Assembly (NCBI GenBank): GCA_902617375.1
Contig: CACMWI010000001.1
Location: forward strand, 64,090 to 128,089
Reading direction: 5' to 3'
DNA: 64,000 bases
DNA from: an uncultured Alphaproteobacteria bacterium
GTDB taxonomy: Bacteria; Pseudomonadota; Alphaproteobacteria; Methylaequorales; Methylaequoraceae
A program made the translations under genes and the position numbers. Positions 50,526 through 58,430 of this stretch are shown here, in pieces (the first letter of the stretch is position 1; the number at the start of each line of letters is the position of its first letter). A model generated the notes under the pieces. The model was not told where the DNA came from, did no database searches, and worked only from the letters and a program-made list of their open reading frames with translations.

Positions 50526-51050
50526 ATGGCTCTTGAAACAAAAGAATTGACTGATCTGTATTATGAATTCATAAACCTTTCAAAAAAAGAAACACCATTT
50601 AGCAAATTTATGAATTTTTTGGGATTTCTTTTAGCTACTAGCTTTGTAATTTTTGTTGTTCTCTTTGGTTACAGTTTAGGTGTAGAAGAACTAAATGAGA
50701 AATATGAAAGATGGGGAGAGACTATATGGTTGGATTATTTTCTTGCGATAGGCAGTTATGCTATTGGTCCAATACTTGTAATTTGCTTTTGGTTCGGATA
50801 TATAACCACCGATATCCCTTTTGTTTTGTTTCAAAAGGAAACAAAAACAGAAAAAAGACTAAAGCAAATACTAAATATGATTTACGCCATAGAAGAACGT
50901 GATCATAAAAAGAAGCAAGACTCCGAGAAAAATATTCCCGCAGAAATAAAGAATGATTATAATTCAGAATTACAGAAAAGATGGACTATGTATACTGACC
51001 ATCGTTTTAGAATTAATGAACTAGAAAGAAAGTATAAGTTCAATAAATAG
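50526..51050 (+). CDS. Hypothetical 2-TM membrane protein, translationally coupled to the integrase
   Basis: 174 aa. Its ATG lies 4 nt after the integrase stop, and there is no recognisable Xis/AlpA motif. Confidence 0.45.
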   Translation: MALETKELTDLYYEFINLSKKETPFSKFMNFLGFLLATSFVIFVVLFGYSLGVEELNEKYERWGETIWLDYFLAIGSYAIGPILVICFWFGYITTDIPFVLFQKETKTEKRLKQILNMIYAIEERDHKKKQDSEKNIPAEIKNDYNSELQKRWTMYTDHRFRINELERKYKFNK

Positions 51051-51080
51051 AAAATTTGAATAGCTAATTAATTTTAAAAG

Positions 51081-51329
51081 TTATTTGGGAAGATTGCCAA
51101 AGTAAAAACATTCCTTTTGACCATACATCCAGATTACTTGATAAAGTTTCTTTTTGTATTCATAAATAATCATGATGGAATTTAGGTAAGAACCTTCTGA
51201 TATTTTTTTTCCTTTTGCAATAACTTTCATACAATCTTGATATAACGCTGGCTCCCCATATGTTACTTTGGCATTTAAATTTACTGATAAAAATAAAGTA
51301 AAAACAAAAACAAATATTAATTTTTTCAC
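51081..51329 (-). CDS. Small secreted hypothetical protein
   Basis: 82 aa with a signal peptide (MKKLIFVFVFTLFLSVNLNA) and two Cys residues. Confidence 0.45.
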   Translation of the reverse strand: MKKLIFVFVFTLFLSVNLNAKVTYGEPALYQDCMKVIAKGKKISEGSYLNSIMIIYEYKKKLYQVIWMYGQKECFYFGNLPK

Positions 51330-51430
51330 ACATTAATTTTAATTTAAAATAGTAGATTATCAAATTGAAACTTAAACTTGGGGGTAGGAAAAAAATAGGC
51401 CCCTTTGTTTTTATTTGTATAGTATCTAGA

Positions 51431-51457
51431 CAAAAAAAAACCTGACAGAAAGTCAGG
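51431..51457 (-). terminator. Rho-independent terminator (- strand)
   Basis: On the - strand, CCTGAC-TTTC-TGTCAGG is a perfect 6-bp stem with a loop, followed by T9. Confidence 0.7.
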
Positions 51458-51539
51458 CTTACAGTTACATATTTTTCTAGAATATTAAATTCAGATGCGT
51501 TTGTCAAATTATTTTTACTAAGTCATTGTTTTTATTGGA

Positions 51540-51635
51540 TTATTTTTTTTTCAAAAACCAATAAATTGCTACCCCTATGAGTACGATTGCTAATAAAAAG
51601 CCTCTGCCATAGGCTAGATGTGTGAGAACTTCCAT
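51540..51635 (-). CDS. Putative 31-aa hydrophobic micro-protein (type-I-toxin-like; speculative)
   Basis: The - strand ORF is ATG…TAA, encoding MEVLTHLAYGRGFLLAIVLIGVAIYWFLKKK. It has a single predicted TM helix and a C-terminal KKK. The perfect terminator sits ~85 nt downstream on the same strand. It is below the track's size cutoff. Confidence 0.3.
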   Translation of the reverse strand: MEVLTHLAYGRGFLLAIVLIGVAIYWFLKKK

Positions 51636-51696
51636 AGTTGATTAGTTATTGTAGCTACTACTACGACTTCCTATTACCTTTTTAAAAGACACAAGC

Positions 51697-51830
51697 CGTC
51701 TATATATTATTAATAATAGTATTAAGAATAATAGTAATAGTAGTAGTAATAGTAGTAGTAATAATATTATTAATCTAAGTATTAATAGTATTATTAATCT
51801 ATTTATTAATAATATTATTAATAATATTAC
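51697..51830. repeat. AT/G-only trinucleotide simple-sequence tract (AAT/AGT/ATT units)
   Basis: …AATAGTAATAGTAGTAGTAATAGTAGTAGTAATAATATTATTAAT… The tract has essentially no C over ~130 nt, lies in a non-coding gap, and is followed by an abrupt switch to GC-rich sequence. Confidence 0.7.
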
Positions 51831-51960
51831 CCTCTCTCGGAACTTGTCCGAAGCCTATCATGAGAACTAAATATAGACAACCCCCGTGGATTAATTTTCA
51901 GATAACCGGCTCGTCAACGTGAGGACTAATGGGGTACGACCCCGATTGTTGTTGTCACGA

Positions 51961-52077
51961 CTGACTTCCCTCTTCTTCTTGTCTTTATTTCTACATAGAC
52001 ATTCATTGTGTTTGTAATTTATTATTAGTTAACATGAAAAAAACATTGCTCATATTGATCTGTTTGTTTGTGTCTTC
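51961..52077 (+). repeat. Leader module copy A (promoter/5'UTR plus the first ~14 codons of a signal peptide)
   Basis: ~117 nt at ~90% identity to 54010..54126. It spans CTGACTxCxxTCTTCTTCTTGTxTTTATTTCTAxATAGACATTCATTGTGTTTGTAATTTATTATTAGTTAACATGAAAA…TTGATCTGTTTGTTTGTGTCTT. Confidence 0.85.
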
Positions 52078-52504
52078 GGGCTCAGTTTTTTCCCTAGAGC
52101 TAAATTGCAAATTCAATTCTTTTTTATACGAAGTTAACGGAGAAAAAACCAATCATGAAATCGATGAAGAAGACACTACTTCAATTTATTATGAACCAAA
52201 AAATCAATGGTTATGGGATTATCCAACAGATGCTCTACAGGATGATATTAATGTGTGGAAAGAAGAAAATAATTATAGCTATAACAAATCTGATGATTTT
52301 GTTTCTAGTAACAGGAAATATAAACAAAAAAATGCTCAATTAAATATAGAGTCTAAAAGACGAGAGATTCCAAAAGAATTACATCGCAGTCGTGCCTTTA
52401 AATTAGATTCCAAACTGAACTTAACTCTTATAACTGATAATCTATTCATCTATAATTTTTATGAAAAAAAGGTTACAGTAACAAGGAACGGAAAGTGTAA
52501 TTAA
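52034..52504 (+). CDS. Small secreted two-cysteine protein (island cargo family, copy 1)
   Basis: 156 aa with the shared leader MKKTLLILICLFVSSGSVFS. Cysteines sit near both ends of the mature region (LELNCKF … RNGKCN). Confidence 0.55.
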   Translation: MKKTLLILICLFVSSGSVFSLELNCKFNSFLYEVNGEKTNHEIDEEDTTSIYYEPKNQWLWDYPTDALQDDINVWKEENNYSYNKSDDFVSSNRKYKQKNAQLNIESKRREIPKELHRSRAFKLDSKLNLTLITDNLFIYNFYEKKVTVTRNGKCN

Positions 52505-52591
52505 ATGAGTGATTTCACAAAAGTAATCATAATTGATATCCTTCTCTTTGGATCTTTGTGGCTTTTGTTATAAAGCTAAAAGAAAATATTA

Positions 52592-52876
52592 ATGAATAAA
52601 CTATTACTCATATTGATCTGTTTGTTTGTTTATTCGTGTGAAGAAAGAAGTGAGAAATTAGAAAAAGTGGTGAGTGAAAATTTTAAAAACTCAGTATGGT
52701 TAGAGAAGAAAAGCAGAGTAGGAGAGTTTGGTGTGTCGGTAGAACCAGAAGAAGAATGGATAAAAACTATTTTGATTTTTGGATATTATGATAATCAAAT
52801 AAATTGTAACTCAATTAAAAGTAATTTTGAAGAAGAGTATCCTCAAGATACATTTAGGTGTAATCCTGTAAAATGA
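52592..52876 (+). CDS. Small secreted/lipo-protein with the related leader (copy 2)
   Basis: 94 aa with leader MNKLLLILICLFVYSCEE. It shares the 22-nt core CTCATATTGATCTGTTTGTTTGT with the other leaders. Confidence 0.5.
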   Translation: MNKLLLILICLFVYSCEERSEKLEKVVSENFKNSVWLEKKSRVGEFGVSVEPEEEWIKTILIFGYYDNQINCNSIKSNFEEEYPQDTFRCNPVK

Positions 52877-52908
52877 AAAAACTATTACTCTTATAAAGGT
52901 ATTATTTT

Positions 52909-53679
52909 ATGTGGAAAGACAGAGATAAAGCTGAAGTAATGGAAGAAATTTGGAATAAATTATATCCACTTCGTGAAAAGACAAAAAAATATTCCGAGCT
53001 AGAATGGCAAAAACACACCAACCCTATCACTGGTAAATTTCAGGATAGCATTGAAGGTTTCATGTGTGGAATAATTATTAGAAAAAATAAAAAATGGATT
53101 GCAGAACTTCACATTCTATGGATGCCTTGGATTAATAGTTTTGAAATTGCATCAATGATTAAAAACCATAAATCAAAAAATATAAGTGGAGAAGATTTAG
53201 AAAATAATTTTGTTGAAGGTGACCCAATAAAAAACCTGAAACTTTTATTTCTCCAATTTGAGAAACATATCAATCAATTAATCTCTATTATTGATGAAGG
53301 AAAAGATTTAAAAAAAAATTTACCAAGAGAGTGGTATGGAGAAAATGTTTATCAACAACTTATTGAAGCCTTCAAAAAAGATCCAGCAGGGTCTTTAAAA
53401 TTTATTTTTAGAATAATTTTTTCAATAATCTCATGGATAATTATTTTAATTTTTCTTGTTTGGGCGATTTTCTTTTCAGATGCTACCCAAGAATTAAGAG
53501 ATAAATTTTGGAAAGCCTTTGAAAGTAAGGAAGAACCTAAAGAAATATATTTACCAGTTGATCCTTCAAAAGAATTACCTCCAAGACCATTGAATGACGA
53601 GGAATTTAAAAAATTTATGGATGAAGAGTTTGATTATAACGAAGAAATCAGAAAGAGATTAAACAAAATAAAAGATTAA
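52909..53679 (+). CDS. Hypothetical protein with a C-proximal TM segment
   Basis: 256-aa ORF with a hydrophobic segment IIFSIISWIIILIFLVWAIFF and an acidic C-terminus. Confidence 0.4.
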   Translation: MWKDRDKAEVMEEIWNKLYPLREKTKKYSELEWQKHTNPITGKFQDSIEGFMCGIIIRKNKKWIAELHILWMPWINSFEIASMIKNHKSKNISGEDLENNFVEGDPIKNLKLLFLQFEKHINQLISIIDEGKDLKKNLPREWYGENVYQQLIEAFKKDPAGSLKFIFRIIFSIISWIIILIFLVWAIFFSDATQELRDKFWKAFESKEEPKEIYLPVDPSKELPPRPLNDEEFKKFMDEEFDYNEEIRKRLNKIKD

Positions 53680-53709
53680 AAGCTAATGTTGTAGATAAAA
53701 GTAAATAGG

Positions 53710-53997
53710 ATGCATTCGTACACCAAAGGAATAATTTTCATGCTTTATTTGTCAGTCATAATTTGTCTGACAAAAGTAAAAGGTTCTTCTTTTATAGAGG
53801 TAATTATAGTTACCGTTTACATGTTCCTGTGGTGTATACCAATTGTTAATTCCCTTAAGCCCTCTAAAATTAGGAGTGAAGATAAAACTGATGTAGAATT
53901 GCGGGGCATAGCTGCTTATATGATTTTTGCCTGGGTCCCAGGATTATGGTGGTCACTGAAAGAATTTCTAAGAGGTGGATTATTAGGGATTGGGTGA
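53710..53997 (+). CDS. Hypothetical small 2-3 TM membrane protein
   Basis: 95 aa, hydrophobic. Confidence 0.35.
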   Translation: MHSYTKGIIFMLYLSVIICLTKVKGSSFIEVIIVTVYMFLWCIPIVNSLKPSKIRSEDKTDVELRGIAAYMIFAWVPGLWWSLKEFLRGGLLGIG

Positions 53998-54009
53998 TTA
54001 TTAAAACAA

Positions 54010-54126
54010 CTGACTACTTTCTTCTTCTTGTGTTTATTTCTATATAGACATTCATTGTGTTTGTAATTTATTATTAGTTAACATGAAAAGAATATTGCTC
54101 GTATTGATCTGTTTGTTTGTGTCTTT
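54010..54126 (+). repeat. Leader module copy B
   Basis: See copy A. It includes the ATG at 54083 and the signal peptide MKRILLVLICLFVS. Confidence 0.85.
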
Positions 54127-54523
54127 TGAGGTGAAATCCGAATCTGATGATTTAAGTGGCAAAAAGTTGTTGTGTGAGGGGAAATATGAAGGATACAAGA
54201 GAACTATTGGGATAAATTTTGTCGATAATTATGCTATTAGGATAATCACAGTGCATTATAATGACTCATTAAACAACCCATTAAATGAACCTTGGTTAAG
54301 TGACTTTGATGGACATTACACAACAACCTTAAGAAAAATCAAAATTCATGAATTAAATTTTTTAAAATATAATATAGACAGGGTAACATTAAATGATGGA
54401 GAAAATTTCTTATGTAAAATAACGAATGTTAATTTAGAAAAAACACTAAAAGAAAAATTTATAAAAGTAAAAAAGAAACGTGAACAAAATATTATTAAAA
54501 TAAAAAAACAAAGAAAAATATGA
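54083..54523 (+). CDS. Small secreted two-cysteine protein (island cargo family, copy 3)
   Basis: 146 aa with the shared leader. It has KLLCEGKY near the mature N-terminus, FLCKITN near the C-terminus, and a Lys-rich tail. Confidence 0.55.
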   Translation: MKRILLVLICLFVSFEVKSESDDLSGKKLLCEGKYEGYKRTIGINFVDNYAIRIITVHYNDSLNNPLNEPWLSDFDGHYTTTLRKIKIHELNFLKYNIDRVTLNDGENFLCKITNVNLEKTLKEKFIKVKKKREQNIIKIKKQRKI

Positions 54524-54861
54524 GTGGTTTTTTTTACGAGTTCTGTAAGGCTGATTTCCTTTGTTATGCCGGGGAACCACATTGGTTGGGTTGGATAGTT
54601 TTAATAATTTTATTTTTTGGAATTCTATATTTAATTTTAAGAATAGTCACATCTGAAGCTTTTCAAGAGAATAGTGAATCTTATTTCGATGAAAAATCAA
54701 CGAAACAGCAAGAAATTTACAAAGATTCTCAAGGAAACCCTTTTATAGATTCTGAAGGAAACCCAGTACAGCAAAAATGGATTGATAAACACCTTGGTAA
54801 GATTGGATTTTTGATAAGTTTAATTGTTATCTGGAGTCTCTGGTTTATTGCATTAGATTAA
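54520..54861 (+). CDS. Hypothetical 2-TM membrane protein
   Basis: 113 aa with TM helices at both ends. It overlaps the previous stop by 4 nt. Confidence 0.4.
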   Translation: MSGFFYEFCKADFLCYAGEPHWLGWIVLIILFFGILYLILRIVTSEAFQENSESYFDEKSTKQQEIYKDSQGNPFIDSEGNPVQQKWIDKHLGKIGFLISLIVIWSLWFIALD

Positions 54862-54928
54862 AATTTCTTAAACTTTAAATTTGATTATTAATACTTTTGT
54901 GAATATTATTTTTAAAGTATTAGTTTAA

Positions 54929-55480
54929 ATGAAAAAACTTCACTTCAGACTTTTTAAATATATTTTTAGTAGACCATATCCATTTAATCATTGGTTGATA
55001 TTACTAACCGCATACTCAAAATTATGGATATATTCGTTTTTTTATTCTCTTACCTTTGGTTTAATTCTTCAAATATCGTTTATTGATTACCTAAAGTTTT
55101 ATTTTGTTATTAATTTTTTCTTTATGATTTTCATTGTTTTACGTTCTTATAAACTAAAAGATTTGTTTCTACTAATCTATCACACAATAGAACAATTATT
55201 TAGAATGACTATAGGAAGACTATTTGGGTTACGACCAATAAATTATTATTATAAACCATTTGATCAAAAAAAATTTTATGGAAAAAATGTTTTAGATTTA
55301 GAAGAAGAAAGATCAAAAATATTTGAGAAAAAATATGAAGAAATAGATTTCCTAGTCCTTAATGATTACATCACGATAGAAGAGGGGAATAAGAGAACAG
55401 ATGAATTATTAAAAGAACAGTATAGGTGTGGCTTTCTAATAACACTAGGTGGTCATTATGAAACCGTAAGTGTTAATTAA
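54929..55480 (+). CDS. Hypothetical multi-TM membrane protein
   Basis: 183 aa with a hydrophobic N-terminal two-thirds. Confidence 0.4.
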   Translation: MKKLHFRLFKYIFSRPYPFNHWLILLTAYSKLWIYSFFYSLTFGLILQISFIDYLKFYFVINFFFMIFIVLRSYKLKDLFLLIYHTIEQLFRMTIGRLFGLRPINYYYKPFDQKKFYGKNVLDLEEERSKIFEKKYEEIDFLVLNDYITIEEGNKRTDELLKEQYRCGFLITLGGHYETVSVN

Positions 55481-55482
55481 TA

Positions 55483-55683
55483 ATGAAAGAATTTTTTGAA
55501 AGATTTATGATAATTACACACTATCTTTTTTGGATAGTAGGATTTCTTTTGATTATGGCATTTAACAATGATGAGGCAGGTTTACTTTTGCTCTTTATCG
55601 TCGGAGCTATTTTCTCATCTTTTCCCGCATTATTATGGTATTTATTTTTTGGTAAACCACGATGGTTTCCTTGGGATAAATAA
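55483..55683 (+). CDS. Hypothetical small 2-TM membrane protein
   Basis: 66 aa. It starts 3 nt after the previous stop. Confidence 0.35.
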   Translation: MKEFFERFMIITHYLFWIVGFLLIMAFNNDEAGLLLLFIVGAIFSSFPALLWYLFFGKPRWFPWDK

Positions 55684-55746
55684 AATTTTTAAGACAGATA
55701 CAGCAGTGATATCTTGAATTAACAAAAGAAGAAATACTAAATTTCT

Positions 55747-56397
55747 CTATTTGTCTTCTATTTTTTCAATACAAATACCATCCTTATATCTTCCATAGTT
55801 TTTTACACCATCAGATATTTCTACTCCATATCCATGTTCCAAACCATTTTTAAAGTCACCTTCGTATATATTACCGTCCGCATTTTTTAATTTACCTTTT
55901 CCGTGGTATTTACCATTTTCAAAATTTCCTTCATATGTTTCCAGACGATCCCCCGAATAATCTTTCCATGTTATTTTGCATGTTCCATAACCATTTTGAA
56001 GGTTATTCCTCCATCGACAGTTATACCTAAATAATTTCCCTTTTTCTTTTTTAACCATTGTACCTTCACCTTCAAACTTTCCATGTACAAGTTGTCCATC
56101 ATAATAATCGCCATTTTTAAAGCTTACTTTCCCGGTACCATGGGGTAATTCATTTTTAATTTCACCCTTATAAACTCTATCGGAAAGTTCTAATGAACCC
56201 TTTGAAAATACATCTTTCTTAGTGGTTTCTGGAATACATGAAACTTCATTATTTTCTAATGAAATTTTCGATTCTTTTCGAGGTGTTTCTGTTGGCGGTG
56301 ATTTTTCTTTAGCAAAGAAATAAACAAAAACAATAAATACGATAAGGATAATAAAATATATAAAGTCTGGTTCAGTAAAAAAATAAAGATAAGCCAT
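55747..56397 (-). CDS. MORN-repeat protein with an N-terminal TM anchor
   Basis: 216 aa. An N-terminal TM helix is followed by ≥5 MORN-type repeats (YxGxxxxGxxxGxG: YKGEIKNELPHGTGKVSF, YDGQLVHGKFEGEGT, YEGNFENGKYHGKGKL, YEGDFKNGLEHGYGVE). Confidence 0.65.
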   Translation of the reverse strand: MAYLYFFTEPDFIYFIILIVFIVFVYFFAKEKSPPTETPRKESKISLENNEVSCIPETTKKDVFSKGSLELSDRVYKGEIKNELPHGTGKVSFKNGDYYDGQLVHGKFEGEGTMVKKEKGKLFRYNCRWRNNLQNGYGTCKITWKDYSGDRLETYEGNFENGKYHGKGKLKNADGNIYEGDFKNGLEHGYGVEISDGVKNYGRYKDGICIEKIEDK

Positions 56398-56534
56398 AAG
56401 ATAATTTTATTTAGTTCGATAAATATAACAATAAAATAAGCCAGGTTATTTGTCTCAGCTTTTTTTAGGGGTAATGATTAGGGGTAAAAAGCCAATTTAA
56501 AGCCCGTAGAAGCACAGAAACAAAAGGGTTATAG

Positions 56535-56557
56535 TTTATGGCGGAGAGAGAGGGATT
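56535..56557. repeat. attR-like 23-bp direct repeat overlapping the tRNA-Ser 3' end
   Basis: Identical to 49183..49205. Confidence 0.85.
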
Positions 56558-56629
56558 CGAACCCTCGAAACAGTTTCCTGTTTACACGCTTTCCAAGCGT
56601 GCGCCTTCAGCCACTCGGCCACCTCTCCA
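56539..56629 (-). tRNA. tRNA-Ser (anticodon GGA), CCA encoded, long variable arm
   Basis: The reverse complement reads GGAGAGGTGGCCGAGTGGCTGAAGGCGCACGCTTGGAAAGCGTGTAAACAGGAAACTGTTTCGAGGGTTCGAATCCCTCTCTCTCCGCCA. The anticodon stem CACGC/GCGTG encloses loop TTGGAAA (anticodon GGA), and the variable arm is long. Confidence 0.9.
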
Positions 56630-56630
56630 G

Positions 56631-58430
56631 TTAATTGTCTGAAGTTTTGAGAACATTTATAAAGGCTGATTGAGGAATTTCTACTTTACCAAATTGCCTC
56701 ATTCTCTTTTTTCCTTTTTTTTGCTTGTCCAATAATTTATTTTTTCTTGTTACATCGCCACCATACAACTTTGCAGTTACATCTTTTCTATAACTATTAA
56801 TTGTTTCTCTAGCTATTATTTTACCACCTATTGCAGCTTGAAGCGGAATTTTGAATTGTTGTTTAGGAATCAATTTGCATAATTTTTCGCAATACACTTT
56901 TCCTCTCGAAACTGACTTTGATCTATGACAAATAAAAGAAAGGGCATCAACTGATTCAGAATTTACAAGAATTTGAACTCTGACTAAGTCACTTTCTGTG
57001 TATTCTTTAAACTCATAATCAAAACTTGCATACCCACTTGTAATTGATTTAAGTCTGTCATAAAAATCAAAAACTACTTCCGAAAGAGGTAATAGGTACT
57101 CAATCATAGCTCTTTTCCCAACGTAACTTAGGTTTTTCTGTATTCCCCTTCTTTCTGTACAAAGTTGTATCACTGATCCAAGATATTCATCTGGAAGCAA
57201 AATCGTTGCTTTAATAATCGGTTCAGATATTTTTTTTATTTTCATTATGTCAGGCAGTTCAGAAGGATTATGAATATCAAAAATTTTTCCATCCGTAAGT
57301 TCGATCTTATACACCACTGACGGAGACGTTGTAATTAAGTTCAAGTCAAACTCTCTTCTCAGTCTCTCCTGAATTATTTCTAAGTGCAACAAACCTAAGA
57401 ATCCACATCTGAAACCAAGACCAAGCGCAGCAGATGTCTCTGGTTCAAATGAAAAACTAGCATCATTCAAACCAAGTTTTAAAAGACTATCTCTTAATAG
57501 ATCGTAGTCGTCAGCATCAATGGGATATAAACCGCAAAATACAACTGGTCTACTAGGTTTAAATCCTGAAAGAGGTTGATTAGTAGGTTTTAATGAGTCT
57601 GTAATTGTGTCTCCGACTTTGCAGTCACTTACATGTTTAATGCCTGCTGTAATAAATCCTATTTCTCCTTTCTCTAAAACATCAGTATATTTTATTTTTG
57701 GAGTAAAAAACCCACATTTCTCAACAATATATGAGGCTTGGGTCCCCATCATTTTAAGTTTCATTCCTTTTTTTAATTGTCCAGCATGAACTCTCACTAG
57801 AATAATTACCCCTAGATAAGGATCATACCAACTGTCAATTAACATTGCTAAAAGCGTGGTGTCCTCTACTGTTTTAGGGCAAGGAAGCCTTTCAACTATT
57901 GCTTCCAAGAGTTCATCTACACCATTACCTGTTTTTGCAGAAACAAGAATAGCGTTTGATGCATCCAAGCCTATCACATCTTCTATTTGTTTTTTTATTC
58001 TCTCTGGTTCAGAAGAAGGTAAATCTATTTTGTTCAAAACAGGAATTATTTCATGATTATTTTCTATAGCCTGATAAACATTTGCTAAAGTTTGAGCCTC
58101 AACACCTTGAGAAGAATCAACAACAAGAAGTGAGCCCTCGCAAGATGCCAAAGATCTACTTACTTCATAAGAAAAATCAACATGACCAGGTGTATCCATT
58201 AAATTAAAATTGTAAATATCGTTATTTTTTGCTTTGTATTTTAAATAAACAGTTTGTGCTTTTATTGTGATTCCTCTCTCCCGCTCTATTTCCATAGAAT
58301 CCAAAACTTGTTCTTTCATTTCTCTTTCAGGTAATCCTCCACACCTTTGAATTATTCTATCAGCGAGAGTCGATTTTCCATGATCTATGTGTGCGATAAT
58401 TGAAAAATTTCTAATTCTTTCAATTAACAT
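56631..58430 (-). CDS. lepA: Elongation factor 4 (LepA)
   Basis: 599 aa with G-domain motifs ([21 protein letters not shown]) and the LepA C-terminal domain. Confidence 0.92.
   Translation of the reverse strand: MLIERIRNFSIIAHIDHGKSTLADRIIQRCGGLPEREMKEQVLDSMEIERERGITIKAQTVYLKYKAKNNDIYNFNLMDTPGHVDFSYEVSRSLASCEGSLLVVDSSQGVEAQTLANVYQAIENNHEIIPVLNKIDLPSSEPERIKKQIEDVIGLDASNAILVSAKTGNGVDELLEAIVERLPCPKTVEDTTLLAMLIDSWYDPYLGVIILVRVHAGQLKKGMKLKMMGTQASYIVEKCGFFTPKIKYTDVLEKGEIGFITAGIKHVSDCKVGDTITDSLKPTNQPLSGFKPSRPVVFCGLYPIDADDYDLLRDSLLKLGLNDASFSFEPETSAALGLGFRCGFLGLLHLEIIQERLRREFDLNLITTSPSVVYKIELTDGKIFDIHNPSELPDIMKIKKISEPIIKATILLPDEYLGSVIQLCTERRGIQKNLSYVGKRAMIEYLLPLSEVVFDFYDRLKSITSGYASFDYEFKEYTESDLVRVQILVNSESVDALSFICHRSKSVSRGKVYCEKLCKLIPKQQFKIPLQAAIGGKIIARETINSYRKDVTAKLYGGDVTRKNKLLDKQKKGKKRMRQFGKVEIPQSAFINVLKTSDN

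Larger units (their letters stand above)
49183..56557. mobile_element. tRNA-Ser(GGA)-integrated genomic island (~7.4 kb) with tyrosine integrase and hypothetical secreted/membrane cargo
   Basis: It is bounded by an exact 23-bp direct repeat, one copy of which is the 3' end of an intact tRNA-Ser. An integrase gene lies just inside attL. The cargo is made of ORFan small proteins, internal repeats and an atypical long non-coding stretch. Confidence 0.8.

Noticed and set aside
51160-51507. 115-aa - strand ORF
   Set aside because: It overlaps the better-supported 51081..51329 secreted-protein gene in another frame and runs through the terminator hairpin region. It is Cys/Phe-rich low-complexity, so it is most likely a chance ORF.
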